From an uncultured Acidimicrobiales bacterium (lineage in GTDB: Bacteria > Actinomycetota > Acidimicrobiia > Acidimicrobiales > UBA10347): 64,000 bases of DNA. This document shows, one piece after another, positions 1 to 10,430 of the stretch. Every line of letters starts with the position of its first letter. Position 1 is the first letter of the stretch. The notes under the pieces were generated by a model. That model made no database searches. It saw only the letters and a list, made by a program, of their open reading frames with translations, and had not been told where the DNA came from. The translations under genes and the position numbers were made by a program. The stretch is taken from assembly GCA_943788915.1 (NCBI GenBank), contig CALSSD010000001.1, positions 1-64,000 on the forward strand, read 5' to 3'.

Positions 1-21
1 AATCAACGATCGGAGCACACT

Positions 22-800
22 ATGACACTCGAACTTTTCTCACTCGCAGGCAAGACAGCACTCGTGACCGGTGGTTCCCAAGGGATCGGGCTAATGATCT
101 CCCGTGGCCTTGTGCAGGCCGGCGCCAAGGTATTCGTGTCGTCGCGCAAGGCCGACGCGTGCGAAGCAGCCGCAGCTGAACTTGCCGAGTTTGGCGACTG
201 CGAAGCCTTGCCGGGTGATGTCTCGACGCCGGCCGGAGTCGCCGCGCTGTATCGCGGCCCTGAAGGAGCACACCGACAGGCTCCGACATTGTCGTGAACA
301 ATGCCGGCACCGGTTGGGCTGCTCCGCTCGAGGACTATCCCGATAGTGCGTGGGACAAGGTTCTTGGGCTCAATGTCAAGGCACCGTTCAATCTGACCGT
401 GGCGTGCCTGCCCCTTCTTCGCGCCGCTGCGTCAAACGCCGACCCGGCCCGGGTGATCAACCTTGGTTCGATCGAAGGGTTCCGCACCCAGCAGGTCGAG
501 AACTACGCGTACGCGACGAGCAAAGCCGCCAACCATCATCTGACCCGGATCCTGGCCCAACGGCTTGCACCCGAGCAGATAACCGTGAACACCATCGCTC
601 CCGGCCCCTTCCCATCAAAGATGATGGCAGTGGAGTTCGAACAACGCCAGGACGTCTACGAAGCCGCCAACCCCATGGGCCGCGTCGGGCAACCCGATGA
701 CATGGCCGGCATCGCGATCTTCTTAGCGTCGAAGGCGAGCAGCTACATCACTGGCCAAGTCATCGCCGTCGACGGCGGCTTTTCGACCGCCCCCTGGTAG
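22..800 (+). CDS. Short-chain dehydrogenase/reductase (SDR), split by one frameshift near 255-295
   Basis: TGGSQGIG Rossmann motif in ORF 22..297; NNAG and YxxxK (YATSK) in ORF 294..800; the halves join into one SDR. Confidence 0.85.
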
Positions 801-809
801 ACGACTCCT

Positions 810-1520
810 GTGACCGAGACACCGACTGGCGATGCCAACGCCGACGACAACCTGGACAGCGGCAGTGCCATCGGGCGCCGCCGCGACCTGGCCCAGTCGA
901 AAGGTTCACAGGCGTACCAGCAGCGCCGTCGCGAGATCGCGCTCGCAGCGGGCAACGTGTTCTACGAACGAGGTTACGCGGATACGACCATCAGCGACAT
1001 TGCCAAAGGCCTTGAGACTGATCGAGCCACGCTCTACTACTACTTCACCAACAAACAAGAGATCTTCGACGCGGTGGTGAGCGAGTTAGCCGAAGCCGAC
1101 GTGACCTACGCCGAACAAGTCCAAGCAAGCGCCGAACCTCCACTGACCAAGCTCCGTCAACTGGTGACCGGTCTCATGAATTCCTACGGTGAGCATTACC
1201 CGCTGCTGTATGTCTATGTCCGCGAGAACCTGGCCGCAGTCGGCGATGAGCGAACCGTGTGGTCAGAGCAGATGCGCACCGTCAATCGCCGCTACGACAC
1301 AGCAGTCACCGCGGTGGTGCAAGAGGGCTTGGACGACGGGACGATCCGGCCGCTGGCGTCGGCACGGGTGCTTGCCTTCGGCATCATCGGCATGGTCGGG
1401 TGGACGAATCGCTGGTTTGCTCCTGAACGGTCAGCAGAAGACGCCGAGACCATCGGTGCGGCCTATGCCGACATGGTGGTCCAAGGTTTGGCAACCGACC
1501 CAACCACGAGCGCCGGTTAG
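810..1520 (+). CDS. TetR/AcrR-family regulator (KstR2-like C-terminal domain)
   Basis: N-terminal HTH (FYERGYADTTISDIAKGLETDRATLYYYF) and C-terminal GMVGWTNRWF. Confidence 0.85.
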   Translation: MTETPTGDANADDNLDSGSAIGRRRDLAQSKGSQAYQQRRREIALAAGNVFYERGYADTTISDIAKGLETDRATLYYYFTNKQEIFDAVVSELAEADVTYAEQVQASAEPPLTKLRQLVTGLMNSYGEHYPLLYVYVRENLAAVGDERTVWSEQMRTVNRRYDTAVTAVVQEGLDDGTIRPLASARVLAFGIIGMVGWTNRWFAPERSAEDAETIGAAYADMVVQGLATDPTTSAG

Positions 1521-2327
1521 GCGAACAGGCCTGACCGGTCCCGGATTACCCGACCCGAGGCAATGACACCGTCGACGACGGTGACGATCCCTGCACTGCG
1601 CAGGGTGGCGGGTGTGCCGAGTCGGTCATCCTTCCCAGCACCGCCTACATAGGTTTCCGGTCTGGGTCACGTGGAAGGCAACCCGGTCGCCAGCGCTGAA
1701 GAGGTCATCGACCCTTGTCTCGCCCACTTCTGTCTCCCCCACTTCTGTCTCGCCCACTTCGATGACCGGGCCACACGGATGGCCGTCCCATTCGTCGTCG
1801 AACGCCACGTTGGGCTGGCCGTGGATGTTTCCAGAGCGAAGCCATGTGCGCACCAGTTCCTCGTTGGCCGGGTTCTCCGCCTCGGCCAGTTCGTCCCACG
1901 GCGCTACTGCAGGTGGTTCGAGTTGATTGGTTGTGCGGTCGGCCAGCTGACGGCGCCGGGCGTAGTAGTCCTCGAGTGCCCAGTTGGCCGTCAGCCGTTC
2001 ACCGTCCCAGAAGTACAAACCAATGCCGGACCACGCCGCTTGATGGCCATCGTGACGCACCGATGCTCCGTGTTGACTGAACCGCAACGCCAACCGGTCG
2101 CCATTACACATCACTTCGTTCGCGGTCATACACAGCCCGGGAAACTGTTCCATCTGTTTGGCGACCGCCGGAACATAGACATCGTCGCGAGGGCCGAGCT
2201 CGTGTCCTCCCATGTACAGCAGGAAGTCAGGATGCATGATCTCGTCGCACACCGAGGTGTCGCCACATGCCAAATAGTCGAGTACATACCGCCGGATCAG
2301 CGAGACAAATGGGGCGGCGCCAGTCAT
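1517..2327 (-). CDS. SnoaL-like/ester cyclase (NTF2 fold), tandem domains, frameshift near 1655
   Basis: SnoaL-like motifs (FPGL...GDRLALRF; DDLFSAGDRVAFH); removing one A continues the frame TYVGG...GRVIRDRSGLFA to a stop at 1517. Confidence 0.7.
1717..1762. repeat. 15-bp tandem repeat x3 encoding EVGET inside the SnoaL-like gene
   Basis: TGTCTCGCCCACTTC-like unit repeated three times; protein reads EVGETEVGETEVGET. Confidence 0.8.
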
Positions 2328-2457
2328 GGTTTGTTGACCTTCATTGCTCCAACCTTGCAGTGTCATCGGTGGTGATGCAACTCCGCGACCCGACCCGCAC
2401 ACTCGGCGTGACGGGCGGCTGAGGATCGACCGTCGTCGGCTGCGCGAGACTGCGGTG

Positions 2458-3114
2458 GTGACACCAAATCCAATCAGCGCGGTGAACCCGAGCCAAGACA
2501 GCATCGATCTTCTCGCCACATGGCCAGACGATGGCCCGATAGCGATGCTCAATCTGCTCGCATACAACGGCGACGACGGCCGGGCCGCTTATGGCCGTTA
2601 TGGAGCGGTTGCATCGAAGACGGTTGCGGCCCGCGGTGGTTCAGCGATCTTCATTGGGGCCGTGACCGACCCGACGAGCAACTGGGACTCGGTGGTGTTG
2701 GTGTACTACCCACGACGGGCGGCGTATCTGGATATGCAACGTGACCAGGCGTACCTCGACGTGATCCCCGAGCGAACGGCGGGACTCCGTGCACGGCTGT
2801 TGTATCCGTTTGCGCTGCCCGAAGCAGACGTTGCGCCCACGCTGACGGCCGCTGACACCGAAGTGTTTGAGATCGAGCTTGTGCATTCACCGGACCCTGC
2901 ACACGTTCTGGAACCAACCACCCCGGACCATGTCGTTCTTGATCTGCAGGCCGGCGGGCCAGGCCTGGTGACCGACCAGCCGTGGGATCACCTGCGGGTG
3001 GCCCTTTATCCGTCAGCACAGTCAGCTGCTGCCAGCCAACGAGCCACGACCAGCACCAACCCGGACGGCAACACCGTCTTGCGGCTCGTCATACAACCAG
3101 GCAGCTCACTGTGA
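2458..3114 (+). CDS. DUF1330-domain protein
   Basis: GPIAMLNLL...AAYGRYG...WDSVVLVYYP...R.AGL pattern; start codon uncertain. Confidence 0.7.
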   Translation: MTPNPISAVNPSQDSIDLLATWPDDGPIAMLNLLAYNGDDGRAAYGRYGAVASKTVAARGGSAIFIGAVTDPTSNWDSVVLVYYPRRAAYLDMQRDQAYLDVIPERTAGLRARLLYPFALPEADVAPTLTAADTEVFEIELVHSPDPAHVLEPTTPDHVVLDLQAGGPGLVTDQPWDHLRVALYPSAQSAAASQRATTSTNPDGNTVLRLVIQPGSSL

Positions 3115-3139
3115 ACCGCAGCGTGACGCCCGTGAGTAA

Positions 3140-4129
3140 CTAGACCTGTTCTGCGGCGAGCTGTTCACGCACCAGGAAACCGAGTTGTTCAGCCGCGTTG
3201 ATGATGGGTTCACAGACCGGGAGAAGCGGCCTGTCGACTGGGAGCCACCGCATTCCCCAGTCGCCAAGAACCGCCAGCACTCGCGCCAGGTCAACGCCAG
3301 CATCGGTCAGTTGATATCGGGCGGGCGATGCATCGTGACGAACCAATACGCCGATGTCTTGTAAGTGGGCGAGTCGCCGCGTGAGCGTGTTATCAGAGAT
3401 CCTGAGCGCATCGCGCAAGTCCTGGTAACGGTCGAGGCCCCGCAATGCTTCGCGCACGATCATCATCGACCATCGATCACCCAGTAAGGCTGTGGTGTGC
3501 CCGATCGGGCAATGTGTATGTGAATCCGGAATCGACATCAGCAGTGCGCCTACCTGCGCGCGGCGACCGATCAGGTCGAGGTAGCGGGCTTGCAGTGGTG
3601 CGTCGTCGGTAACTGAACCTGATGCGCCATCACCAAACATGCCAGTGGCCGCCAACATTTCTCGTTTCGGTTCGGTGTCAGCCCACAGGAACTCGAGCAT
3701 CTCCGCATCGAGTGTCGGCTCAGCACCCATCGCATGCCCAAGATCCCACGCGTGAGCTGCGCCATCGGTAACCCGGAACCCGGCGAACATGGCTCGAGGG
3801 AAGTCGCCTGCGGGGTGAACAACCATGCCTTCCAAGCCATCGGGTCCGGCGAATCCCTGGCACATCTGAGCGGCCAACCGGTTGAAGTCCGCGACTGGAT
3901 CGGTGCTCGCCCCGAGCATGTCATCGTTGAGACCAGCAATGATCTCGGCGCGAGGCATGCCATCGAGTATCTGGATCGACATACGAGTACCCAGCAGAAC
4001 GTGGTTTACGAGCGCTCGGACATCCCATTCTCCGCACGGCGTGGGGAGGCCCCACTGTTCATCTCCCACCTTGCGGAGTTCTGACTCAAACGCCCGGTTT
4101 GCCGCTTCTAATGCTTCACGTACTTCCAT
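3140..4129 (-). CDS. TIGR03086-type metal-binding (MDMPI/DinB-like) protein read in frame into an HxlR-family winged-helix regulator
   Basis: PTPCGEWDVRALVNH...HAWDL in the N-terminal part; CPIGHTTALLGDRWSMMIVRE...TLTRRL...YQLTDAG in the C-terminal part (internal ATG at 3538). Confidence 0.75.
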   Translation of the reverse strand: MEVREALEAANRAFESELRKVGDEQWGLPTPCGEWDVRALVNHVLLGTRMSIQILDGMPRAEIIAGLNDDMLGASTDPVADFNRLAAQMCQGFAGPDGLEGMVVHPAGDFPRAMFAGFRVTDGAAHAWDLGHAMGAEPTLDAEMLEFLWADTEPKREMLAATGMFGDGASGSVTDDAPLQARYLDLIGRRAQVGALLMSIPDSHTHCPIGHTTALLGDRWSMMIVREALRGLDRYQDLRDALRISDNTLTRRLAHLQDIGVLVRHDASPARYQLTDAGVDLARVLAVLGDWGMRWLPVDRPLLPVCEPIINAAEQLGFLVREQLAAEQV

Positions 4130-4221
4130 CGCTCGAGCATGGTGTACTTCCATAATGGAAGTCACGCTCAAAATGTCAGGTTCACGAGGCCCCCTCCGGG
4201 TTGGGGATCTAGATTCAGACC

Positions 4222-5415
4222 ATGAAAGCTGTTGTGATTGGTGCAGGAATCGTGGGCGTGACGGCGGCGCTCACGCTTGCCGAAGCCGACATAGACGTCG
4301 TGATGCTTGAACGTGGCCAGATCGCTGGTGAAGCATCGGGTCTGAACGCAGGGATCATTGGCGGAGGCGGTTGGGGCAACGCACCAGACGTGAACGTTGC
4401 GCTGCGAATGGGCAGTCGAGACCGTTACATCGACCTTGTGGATGATCGTGGGCACGAGATTGGGTTCGACCGGACCGGAACGCTGACCTTGATCAGGACA
4501 GAGCAGGAATGGCAGTGGGCCCAAGCCACAGTGCATACCGACCGCCAGGCGGGACACAGTTACGAACTGCTATCGACTGACGCCCTTCTCGACCTGGAAC
4601 CAGCCGCTGACCCCACACTCCTCGGCGCCATCTACGACCCGCTCGCGGCCCGAGCCGAACCGGTGGCCGCCACCCACGCCTTTGCCTCCGAAGCGGCTCT
4701 GGCTGGAGTAACCACGTTGATCGAGAGCACTGTTGGTGCACTTCGCCCGGTGACAGGAGGCGGCTGGGAGGTCGAAACCTTGGGGCCCCAGGCAGGAACC
4801 TTCGGGGCGGATGTCGTGATCGTCGCTGCCGGGCCATGGTGTGCGGAGATTGGGGCGATGGTCGACATCGACGTGCCGGTCGTTCCGGTCCGTGGTCAAA
4901 TGTGGGCCACCGCTCCACAACCGCCACTGCTTCGCCATGCAATTGCAGCCGCAGAGTCGTCGCGTTGGTGGGCGCTCGATCAACCGGCTGCTATCCAGCC
5001 ACCAAACCTGACCCACATCGGCGATGAGCGCACGACCCGACATCTCTACGGCCGCCAACGGCCGAACGGCCAGATCGTGTTCGGTGGTGACCGAGTACTG
5101 AGCCAGGATCGAGCCGTCGATCCGGATGGCATCACCGTGAACCATGGACACGTAGCCGAACTTGTGCCAGAAGTTAGTGCGCTTGCACCAATCAGAACCT
5201 GGGCTGGACTGATGCCGTTCACTACCGACGGCAGGCCAATTATCGGCCCCGTCGAAGGGTTCGACGGACTCATCTTGGCTGGCGGTTTAGCCTCCGGAGG
5301 TTTCGGGCGCGGCCCCATGGCCGGCCAACTCGCCGCCGAATTCGCCATGGATCGAGCACCAAGCTTCGACATGACGCCGGTACTTCCCGATGGCCGAGTG
5401 CAGAAACGAAACTGA
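4222..5415 (+). CDS. FAD-dependent oxidoreductase (DAO/glycine or sarcosine oxidase family)
   Basis: VIGAGIVG dinucleotide motif, ASGLNAG, WAGLMPFTTDGRPIIG. Confidence 0.85.
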   Translation: MKAVVIGAGIVGVTAALTLAEADIDVVMLERGQIAGEASGLNAGIIGGGGWGNAPDVNVALRMGSRDRYIDLVDDRGHEIGFDRTGTLTLIRTEQEWQWAQATVHTDRQAGHSYELLSTDALLDLEPAADPTLLGAIYDPLAARAEPVAATHAFASEAALAGVTTLIESTVGALRPVTGGGWEVETLGPQAGTFGADVVIVAAGPWCAEIGAMVDIDVPVVPVRGQMWATAPQPPLLRHAIAAAESSRWWALDQPAAIQPPNLTHIGDERTTRHLYGRQRPNGQIVFGGDRVLSQDRAVDPDGITVNHGHVAELVPEVSALAPIRTWAGLMPFTTDGRPIIGPVEGFDGLILAGGLASGGFGRGPMAGQLAAEFAMDRAPSFDMTPVLPDGRVQKRN

Positions 5416-5544
5416 CGGCCGTTCACGGATACTTCTTGCACCCTTACGATCGCGACCACGGTCCAGCGTCTGGGCCGTTTGCCTCATCGCTGAGTACTTT
5501 TACCCAAACCATCATGACATGGCTGTCTCAACCGATGGATCCGA

Positions 5545-6138
5545 ATGGATGAGCAGAGCAACCAGCGCCAACATGGCGACAGGCGCCGTCTCAACTACTC
5601 CGATTGGTCTCGTTCGTCGCAAAACAAACACCATGAACTCGATGACGAACGGGGTGCAGGTCTGGTGGAGTTCGCACTGATCTCAAGCATGCTCGTCATG
5701 TTGGTGTTGGGCACCGTCACACTGGGCATGAGTTTTCACCGCAGTCTCACGCTCAACAGCAGTGCGCACGAAGCAGTTCGTTATGGCTCAACCCTTCCGG
5801 TCGAAGGCAATCTGAATGCGTGGCTCAACGCAGTTGCCAATGTGGCGATCGAATCAGCCGCCGGTGAGTTGGGCGAAAACGCCCCCGGCCAGCATGTGTG
5901 CGTCGCCTATGTCTACCCAGCGGGTGTCGGCGACCATGATCGCACCGCGTCGATCGTCGAAACCGAGGGATCTCGTGTCATCACCGCCGGTACACCGTGT
6001 TTTGACGACTCCCGGCCAGGCACCGAACGTCGTATTCAGGTTCAAGTCGGACGTGAAACAGATGTCAGTACTGGCGTCTACACGAAAAAAGTGACCCTCA
6101 ACTCGGTGCAGATCGCCCGGTTCGAGCGGGCTGACTGA
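5545..6138 (+). CDS. TadE-like Flp pseudopilin
   Basis: DDERGAGLVEFAL prepilin-like motif, hydrophobic helix, AHEAVRYG; start uncertain. Confidence 0.8.
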   Translation: MDEQSNQRQHGDRRRLNYSDWSRSSQNKHHELDDERGAGLVEFALISSMLVMLVLGTVTLGMSFHRSLTLNSSAHEAVRYGSTLPVEGNLNAWLNAVANVAIESAAGELGENAPGQHVCVAYVYPAGVGDHDRTASIVETEGSRVITAGTPCFDDSRPGTERRIQVQVGRETDVSTGVYTKKVTLNSVQIARFERAD

Positions 6139-7886
6139 TGCGACTTTCGCTAGATTCGGCCACGGTGAACGATCGAGGAGCAGTTTTGCTCATCGGCGCT
6201 GCAGCGATGACCGCCATCATCATGGTCGCGGCCTTGGTGATAGACCTCGGCATGGTGCGGGCAGACCGAGTACAGAATCGTTCAGCTGCAGACACCATCG
6301 CTACCGCGGGTGCTTTTGGCCTGGGTGAAGGCGGCGGCGTCATTGGTTGTGAATCTGCAGCAGGGTACGCAAACGAACTGCTGGGACCTGTTGACCTTTC
6401 CTGTAGCGGCTTCGCTTCGTCGTGTGATGGCTCGACAGCCCCGGCGACAGCCGTCGCCACCGCCGATGGCATCACGATCACGCTGACCTATCCGGTTGTG
6501 AACTCCAGCGAACTGATGACACCCACCAGCGGCGGGACACAAGATCTCACTGCCATGGACGGTGACCCATGTGATCGATTTGGCGTGGCTATCGAGCAAC
6601 GACAAACCGCACTCTTCTCACGACTCATGGGCCAAGAGACGATCGGCTCCAAGGTCCACTCGGTCGCAAAGGCCGGACGTCCGGACGGGCCTGGCGATCT
6701 TGTCAGCCTGTTACTTCTCGAACCGCACGGTTGCCCTGCGCTGCAGGTCAACGGCGGTGGATCGAGCGGCGGCGTATACGTGAGTGCGGTTACCGACCCC
6801 ATCACCGGCGAAATTTCACCAGGGCGAATCGCTGTGGATTCCGATGGGACCGCAGGCTGCAGCTCTGCGATCAGCACCAACGGCAACCATGCCAACATCC
6901 ACACCCAGGGGGCACCGGGTTGCGCAACCGAGATTACACCTGGCACCGGGTGGGGTTGCGGCGAGATTGAGGTCGTCGCGCCGGGTGCACCGGGCTGCAA
7001 TCCGCCTGCGTGCAGCGGCGCAGCTGGCACCGTCTCGCCGGCGCCATCGGCGGCTGGTCAACCCCGAACTCGAGCCCCATTTGATTGGCGGTACAACTGC
7101 AAGTCTGCGTATCCGGTTCTTGGCATCGATACATGCGCCGACAGCGGACCTCGACGGCCACACATTGATGATCTTGTAGCGTCGGCATCCGCCTCCGCCC
7201 TCGACGGGCTGAACTACTCCAGCTACGCCGCCGAGTTCCCATGCACTGTGAAACCCAAGGACGAGTTCACGGTTCCAGAGGGGAACTGGTTCATTGATTG
7301 TTATCCCCTATCGGTCAAGGGTGAACTGACGTTCGCAGGAGGGAACCTCGTCGTCGATGGTGGAATCACTTTGTTGTCAAAAGCCGAACTCAACGTGAAT
7401 ACGGCCAACGTTGATCAAGAGTACGACTGGTCGACCGAATCAATGGTGGACGTCGAGCAGCACAGCGATCAGGCTGCCTTCATCTTCTTCCGCGACGGCG
7501 AACTTTCTAAAGCCGGTCAGGCATCGGTGAACTTCAATCACACGATGGTCTACTTCAGCGAGTCCTCGGAATTCGACATGACCGGCGGCACCGGTGGAAT
7601 GACCTGGACTGCACCAACGATAGGGCCGTTCACAGATCTCACGCTGTGGAGCGAGGCAACATCGGTGCACAAACTTGGCGGTTCTGCAGTCCTTGATATC
7701 GAAGGACTCATCTTCATCCCAAATGCGGCACTGCAATTCCAAGGCAATGGCGGCGTCTCAGGCATCCGAAGTCAGGTTGTCGCCAAATCGCTGGCCACCG
7801 GCGGCAATGGCGCACTTCGACTTTCACCTGTCCCGAACCAAGGGGTAACACACGAAGCGGTTGGCGATAGCCAACTCATCCGCTGA
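6138..7886 (+). CDS. TadG-like Flp pilus-associated protein with large Cys/Gly-rich extracellular domain
   Basis: NDRGAVLL...ALVIDLG...QNRSAAD Tad motif; coupled to the TadE gene by a TGATG overlap. Confidence 0.75.
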   Translation: MRLSLDSATVNDRGAVLLIGAAAMTAIIMVAALVIDLGMVRADRVQNRSAADTIATAGAFGLGEGGGVIGCESAAGYANELLGPVDLSCSGFASSCDGSTAPATAVATADGITITLTYPVVNSSELMTPTSGGTQDLTAMDGDPCDRFGVAIEQRQTALFSRLMGQETIGSKVHSVAKAGRPDGPGDLVSLLLLEPHGCPALQVNGGGSSGGVYVSAVTDPITGEISPGRIAVDSDGTAGCSSAISTNGNHANIHTQGAPGCATEITPGTGWGCGEIEVVAPGAPGCNPPACSGAAGTVSPAPSAAGQPRTRAPFDWRYNCKSAYPVLGIDTCADSGPRRPHIDDLVASASASALDGLNYSSYAAEFPCTVKPKDEFTVPEGNWFIDCYPLSVKGELTFAGGNLVVDGGITLLSKAELNVNTANVDQEYDWSTESMVDVEQHSDQAAFIFFRDGELSKAGQASVNFNHTMVYFSESSEFDMTGGTGGMTWTAPTIGPFTDLTLWSEATSVHKLGGSAVLDIEGLIFIPNAALQFQGNGGVSGIRSQVVAKSLATGGNGALRLSPVPNQGVTHEAVGDSQLIR

Positions 7887-8030
7887 ACGAGAAAGTGACC
7901 GGCGCACTGTTGCTGAGTCTGCGGTGACTACTGTCGGAAGATCGAAACCACCTCAACCGGCACGGTCAAGTCCGTTGCCACGATCTCTGACCGTCGGCGC
8001 CGAGGAGCACTTGCAATTGCGGCGGTTGCA

Positions 8031-9389
8031 ATGTTGCTCGCCGCGTTTGTCGGCACGGCAACCAACATTGCCATCCCGGTGCTCGAAGAGGAGTTCTCCG
8101 GCGAGAGTCTGACCCACATTGCCTGGGTGATCTCGGGCTTCTCGGTGACCCAGGTGACCTTCATGCTGCTGGGCGGTCGGCTGGCTGACCGCATTGGTCG
8201 GCGTCGAATTTTTGTTATTGGACTTGGCGTGTTTGCCGTCGGCGCTGCTCTGTCCGCTGTAGCGCCCAGCATCGACTTGGTCATCGCCGCCCGGGTCATC
8301 CAGGCCATCGGCGTTGCGCTGGTCATCCCGTCGTCACTCGCTGCGGTCCTGCCGCTGTATCCGAAGGAACAACACGGATCCGTGGTTTCGCTGTGGTCAT
8401 CGATGGGTGTACTTGGCGCTGCGGCCGCTCCGACCGTGGCAGCCGGGCTGCTCGAGGTATCGAGTTGGCGGGTGGTGTTCGCGATCGTCGTGCCCATCGC
8501 GCTGGCCGGAATGGTGCTGGCGTCGAAGTACATGGCCGACGACACTGTCGCCGATCGGCCACCGCCGCTCGACCTGCTGGGAACCGTGGCCGGGACACTC
8601 GCCATTGGTGGCACAACGTTCGCCATCGTGCAAGGCCGCGCCTGGGGCTGGTTCGATGCACGGATCGTCGTCGTTTTCTTCGCAGCGGTGATCGGAGCGG
8701 TCTTCTTCGTCAGGTCGTCGCGCCGCCACGACGAACCGCTACTTGATCTCGCCCTGCTCGGGATTCCCTCGTTCAAGGTTGTCACCGCTGCCAGCGCATT
8801 ACTCTCGACTTCAACCTCGGCCACATGGTTCCTGTATCCCTTGTTCCTGAGCGATGTCTGGCAGTACTCGAATCTTGAGATCGGGCTAGCCATGACGCCT
8901 GGACCGGCGACACTTGTGTTGTGTGCACCCATTGCGGGGAAACTCGTTGATCGCTTCGGCTATCGAGAGTTGTTGATCGCCGGGGGCACGCTCGCCACCG
9001 TCGGCACGGCATGGATGGCGTGGCGGCTTCGAGCCGACGGAATCTACGTCACGGCGTTCCTACCAGGCACCTTGTCGATCGGTCTTGGTATGGCATTCAT
9101 GCTGGGCCCCGCCAACGCTGCCGCGTTACGCGACATCACTTCCGACCAACTTGGGGCTGCCAACGCTGCCTTTAACACGGCACGCTCGGCGTTCTCGGCA
9201 TTCGGTGTTGCCATCACGACTGCGATGATCGGCAACGCCGTCGTCGGCGACCGCATCGACGAGTTCCGACTGGGGTGGTGGTCAATGGTCGGGGTGATGA
9301 GCCTGAGCCCGGTGCTGCTGTTCTTCGCCTACGAGCCTCATCGCCCACAGCACGAACGCGGATTAGAGGGTTCGGACGCTCCAGGTTGA
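8031..9389 (+). CDS. MFS transporter, DHA2 (EmrB/QacA-like)
   Basis: Motif A GRLADRIGRRR and about 14 hydrophobic segments; true start may be slightly upstream. Confidence 0.85.
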   Translation: MLLAAFVGTATNIAIPVLEEEFSGESLTHIAWVISGFSVTQVTFMLLGGRLADRIGRRRIFVIGLGVFAVGAALSAVAPSIDLVIAARVIQAIGVALVIPSSLAAVLPLYPKEQHGSVVSLWSSMGVLGAAAAPTVAAGLLEVSSWRVVFAIVVPIALAGMVLASKYMADDTVADRPPPLDLLGTVAGTLAIGGTTFAIVQGRAWGWFDARIVVVFFAAVIGAVFFVRSSRRHDEPLLDLALLGIPSFKVVTAASALLSTSTSATWFLYPLFLSDVWQYSNLEIGLAMTPGPATLVLCAPIAGKLVDRFGYRELLIAGGTLATVGTAWMAWRLRADGIYVTAFLPGTLSIGLGMAFMLGPANAAALRDITSDQLGAANAAFNTARSAFSAFGVAITTAMIGNAVVGDRIDEFRLGWWSMVGVMSLSPVLLFFAYEPHRPQHERGLEGSDAPG

Positions 9390-10382
9390 CGGTTCAACCA
9401 GTTGGGCTAGCTCGACCTCGAACCGAAGTGTCTCACCTTTGGCGATCTCCTGGTCGAAACGGAACACACGGTTGCCCCAACTAGTAACCGGACCAAGGGG
9501 CGATGTCGACAGCGTTGTTTCGTCGTCAAAAGACGCTTCGAACCAGATACAGCAGCCGTCGACGATCGTGTCCGCGGACGCCGTGCGCTCAACGATGTGC
9601 CGGGCCGGAAGCGACTCGAGGGATTCGAGCGTGTTCAAGTCGAACTCAAGAATCGGTTGTGGTTCGCCGATCGTTGATTTGACCGAATGCGGACGCAGCC
9701 AGAAGTTGTCGTTGCGACCGGTGTTGAACCGGGCAGCGACAGGCGAATGTTGTGAGGCGCTGAGGTCGATGCCATCGGGCAGATCGATGTTCCAGAATCG
9801 ACGAATCCGCATCTCTTCATGCATCGACACCGGTTCGACGAAGAGGCGGAACCGTGCGGGAAGTATCCGCCCCGATGGAGCGAGGACCCTGTCGCGAAGA
9901 TCTAGGACGTTCTCCAGCATGTTCTCGTTGAACAACTCATCGCCCATTTGTTCGTGGAGCACTACATCGATCGGCTCCGGCGGCGTGAACTCGCGACTGT
10001 TTGCCCGGATGTATTCGATGTTGGTGAACCCGTTGTAGTCCCCGATTTCACGAGCAACATCGACGAAATCGGAATGTTCAACGGCATAGACCTTCTTCGC
10101 TCCCGCTCGACTCGCCATGAATGCAAGCAGACCGGTGCCCGTGCCGAGATCGAGCACGACGTCGCCCGGCTGCACATTGTGGTGGATCCCACGGTGGTAT
10201 GCCTCGACCCGCACGCTGTCGCTCAGCATTTCTTCATGCGCTTCGAGACCTGCGAAATTCTCGCCATTCATCAGGTCGTAGGCGACACTCATCATGCGGT
10301 CGCTCGACGCGACCCTCTCCGCAACAAAACCCGTCGCAGACCGGACGATCTTGGTCGCTGCCCGTTGTGCTCGACTACTCAT
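9363..10382 (-). CDS. Protein arginine N-methyltransferase (PRMT)-like class I SAM methyltransferase
   Basis: HEEMLSD..R..AY, VLDLGTGTG, VYAVE, double-E loop HEQMGDELFNENM, THW-loop equivalent STSPLGPVTSW. Confidence 0.75.
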   Translation of the reverse strand: MSSRAQRAATKIVRSATGFVAERVASSDRMMSVAYDLMNGENFAGLEAHEEMLSDSVRVEAYHRGIHHNVQPGDVVLDLGTGTGLLAFMASRAGAKKVYAVEHSDFVDVAREIGDYNGFTNIEYIRANSREFTPPEPIDVVLHEQMGDELFNENMLENVLDLRDRVLAPSGRILPARFRLFVEPVSMHEEMRIRRFWNIDLPDGIDLSASQHSPVAARFNTGRNDNFWLRPHSVKSTIGEPQPILEFDLNTLESLESLPARHIVERTASADTIVDGCCIWFEASFDDETTLSTSPLGPVTSWGNRVFRFDQEIAKGETLRFEVELAQLVEPSTWSVRTL

Positions 10383-10430
10383 ACAGCAGAGGCTACGAGG
10401 CTGACCCAACCAACGGCCACCGAACGCGAT

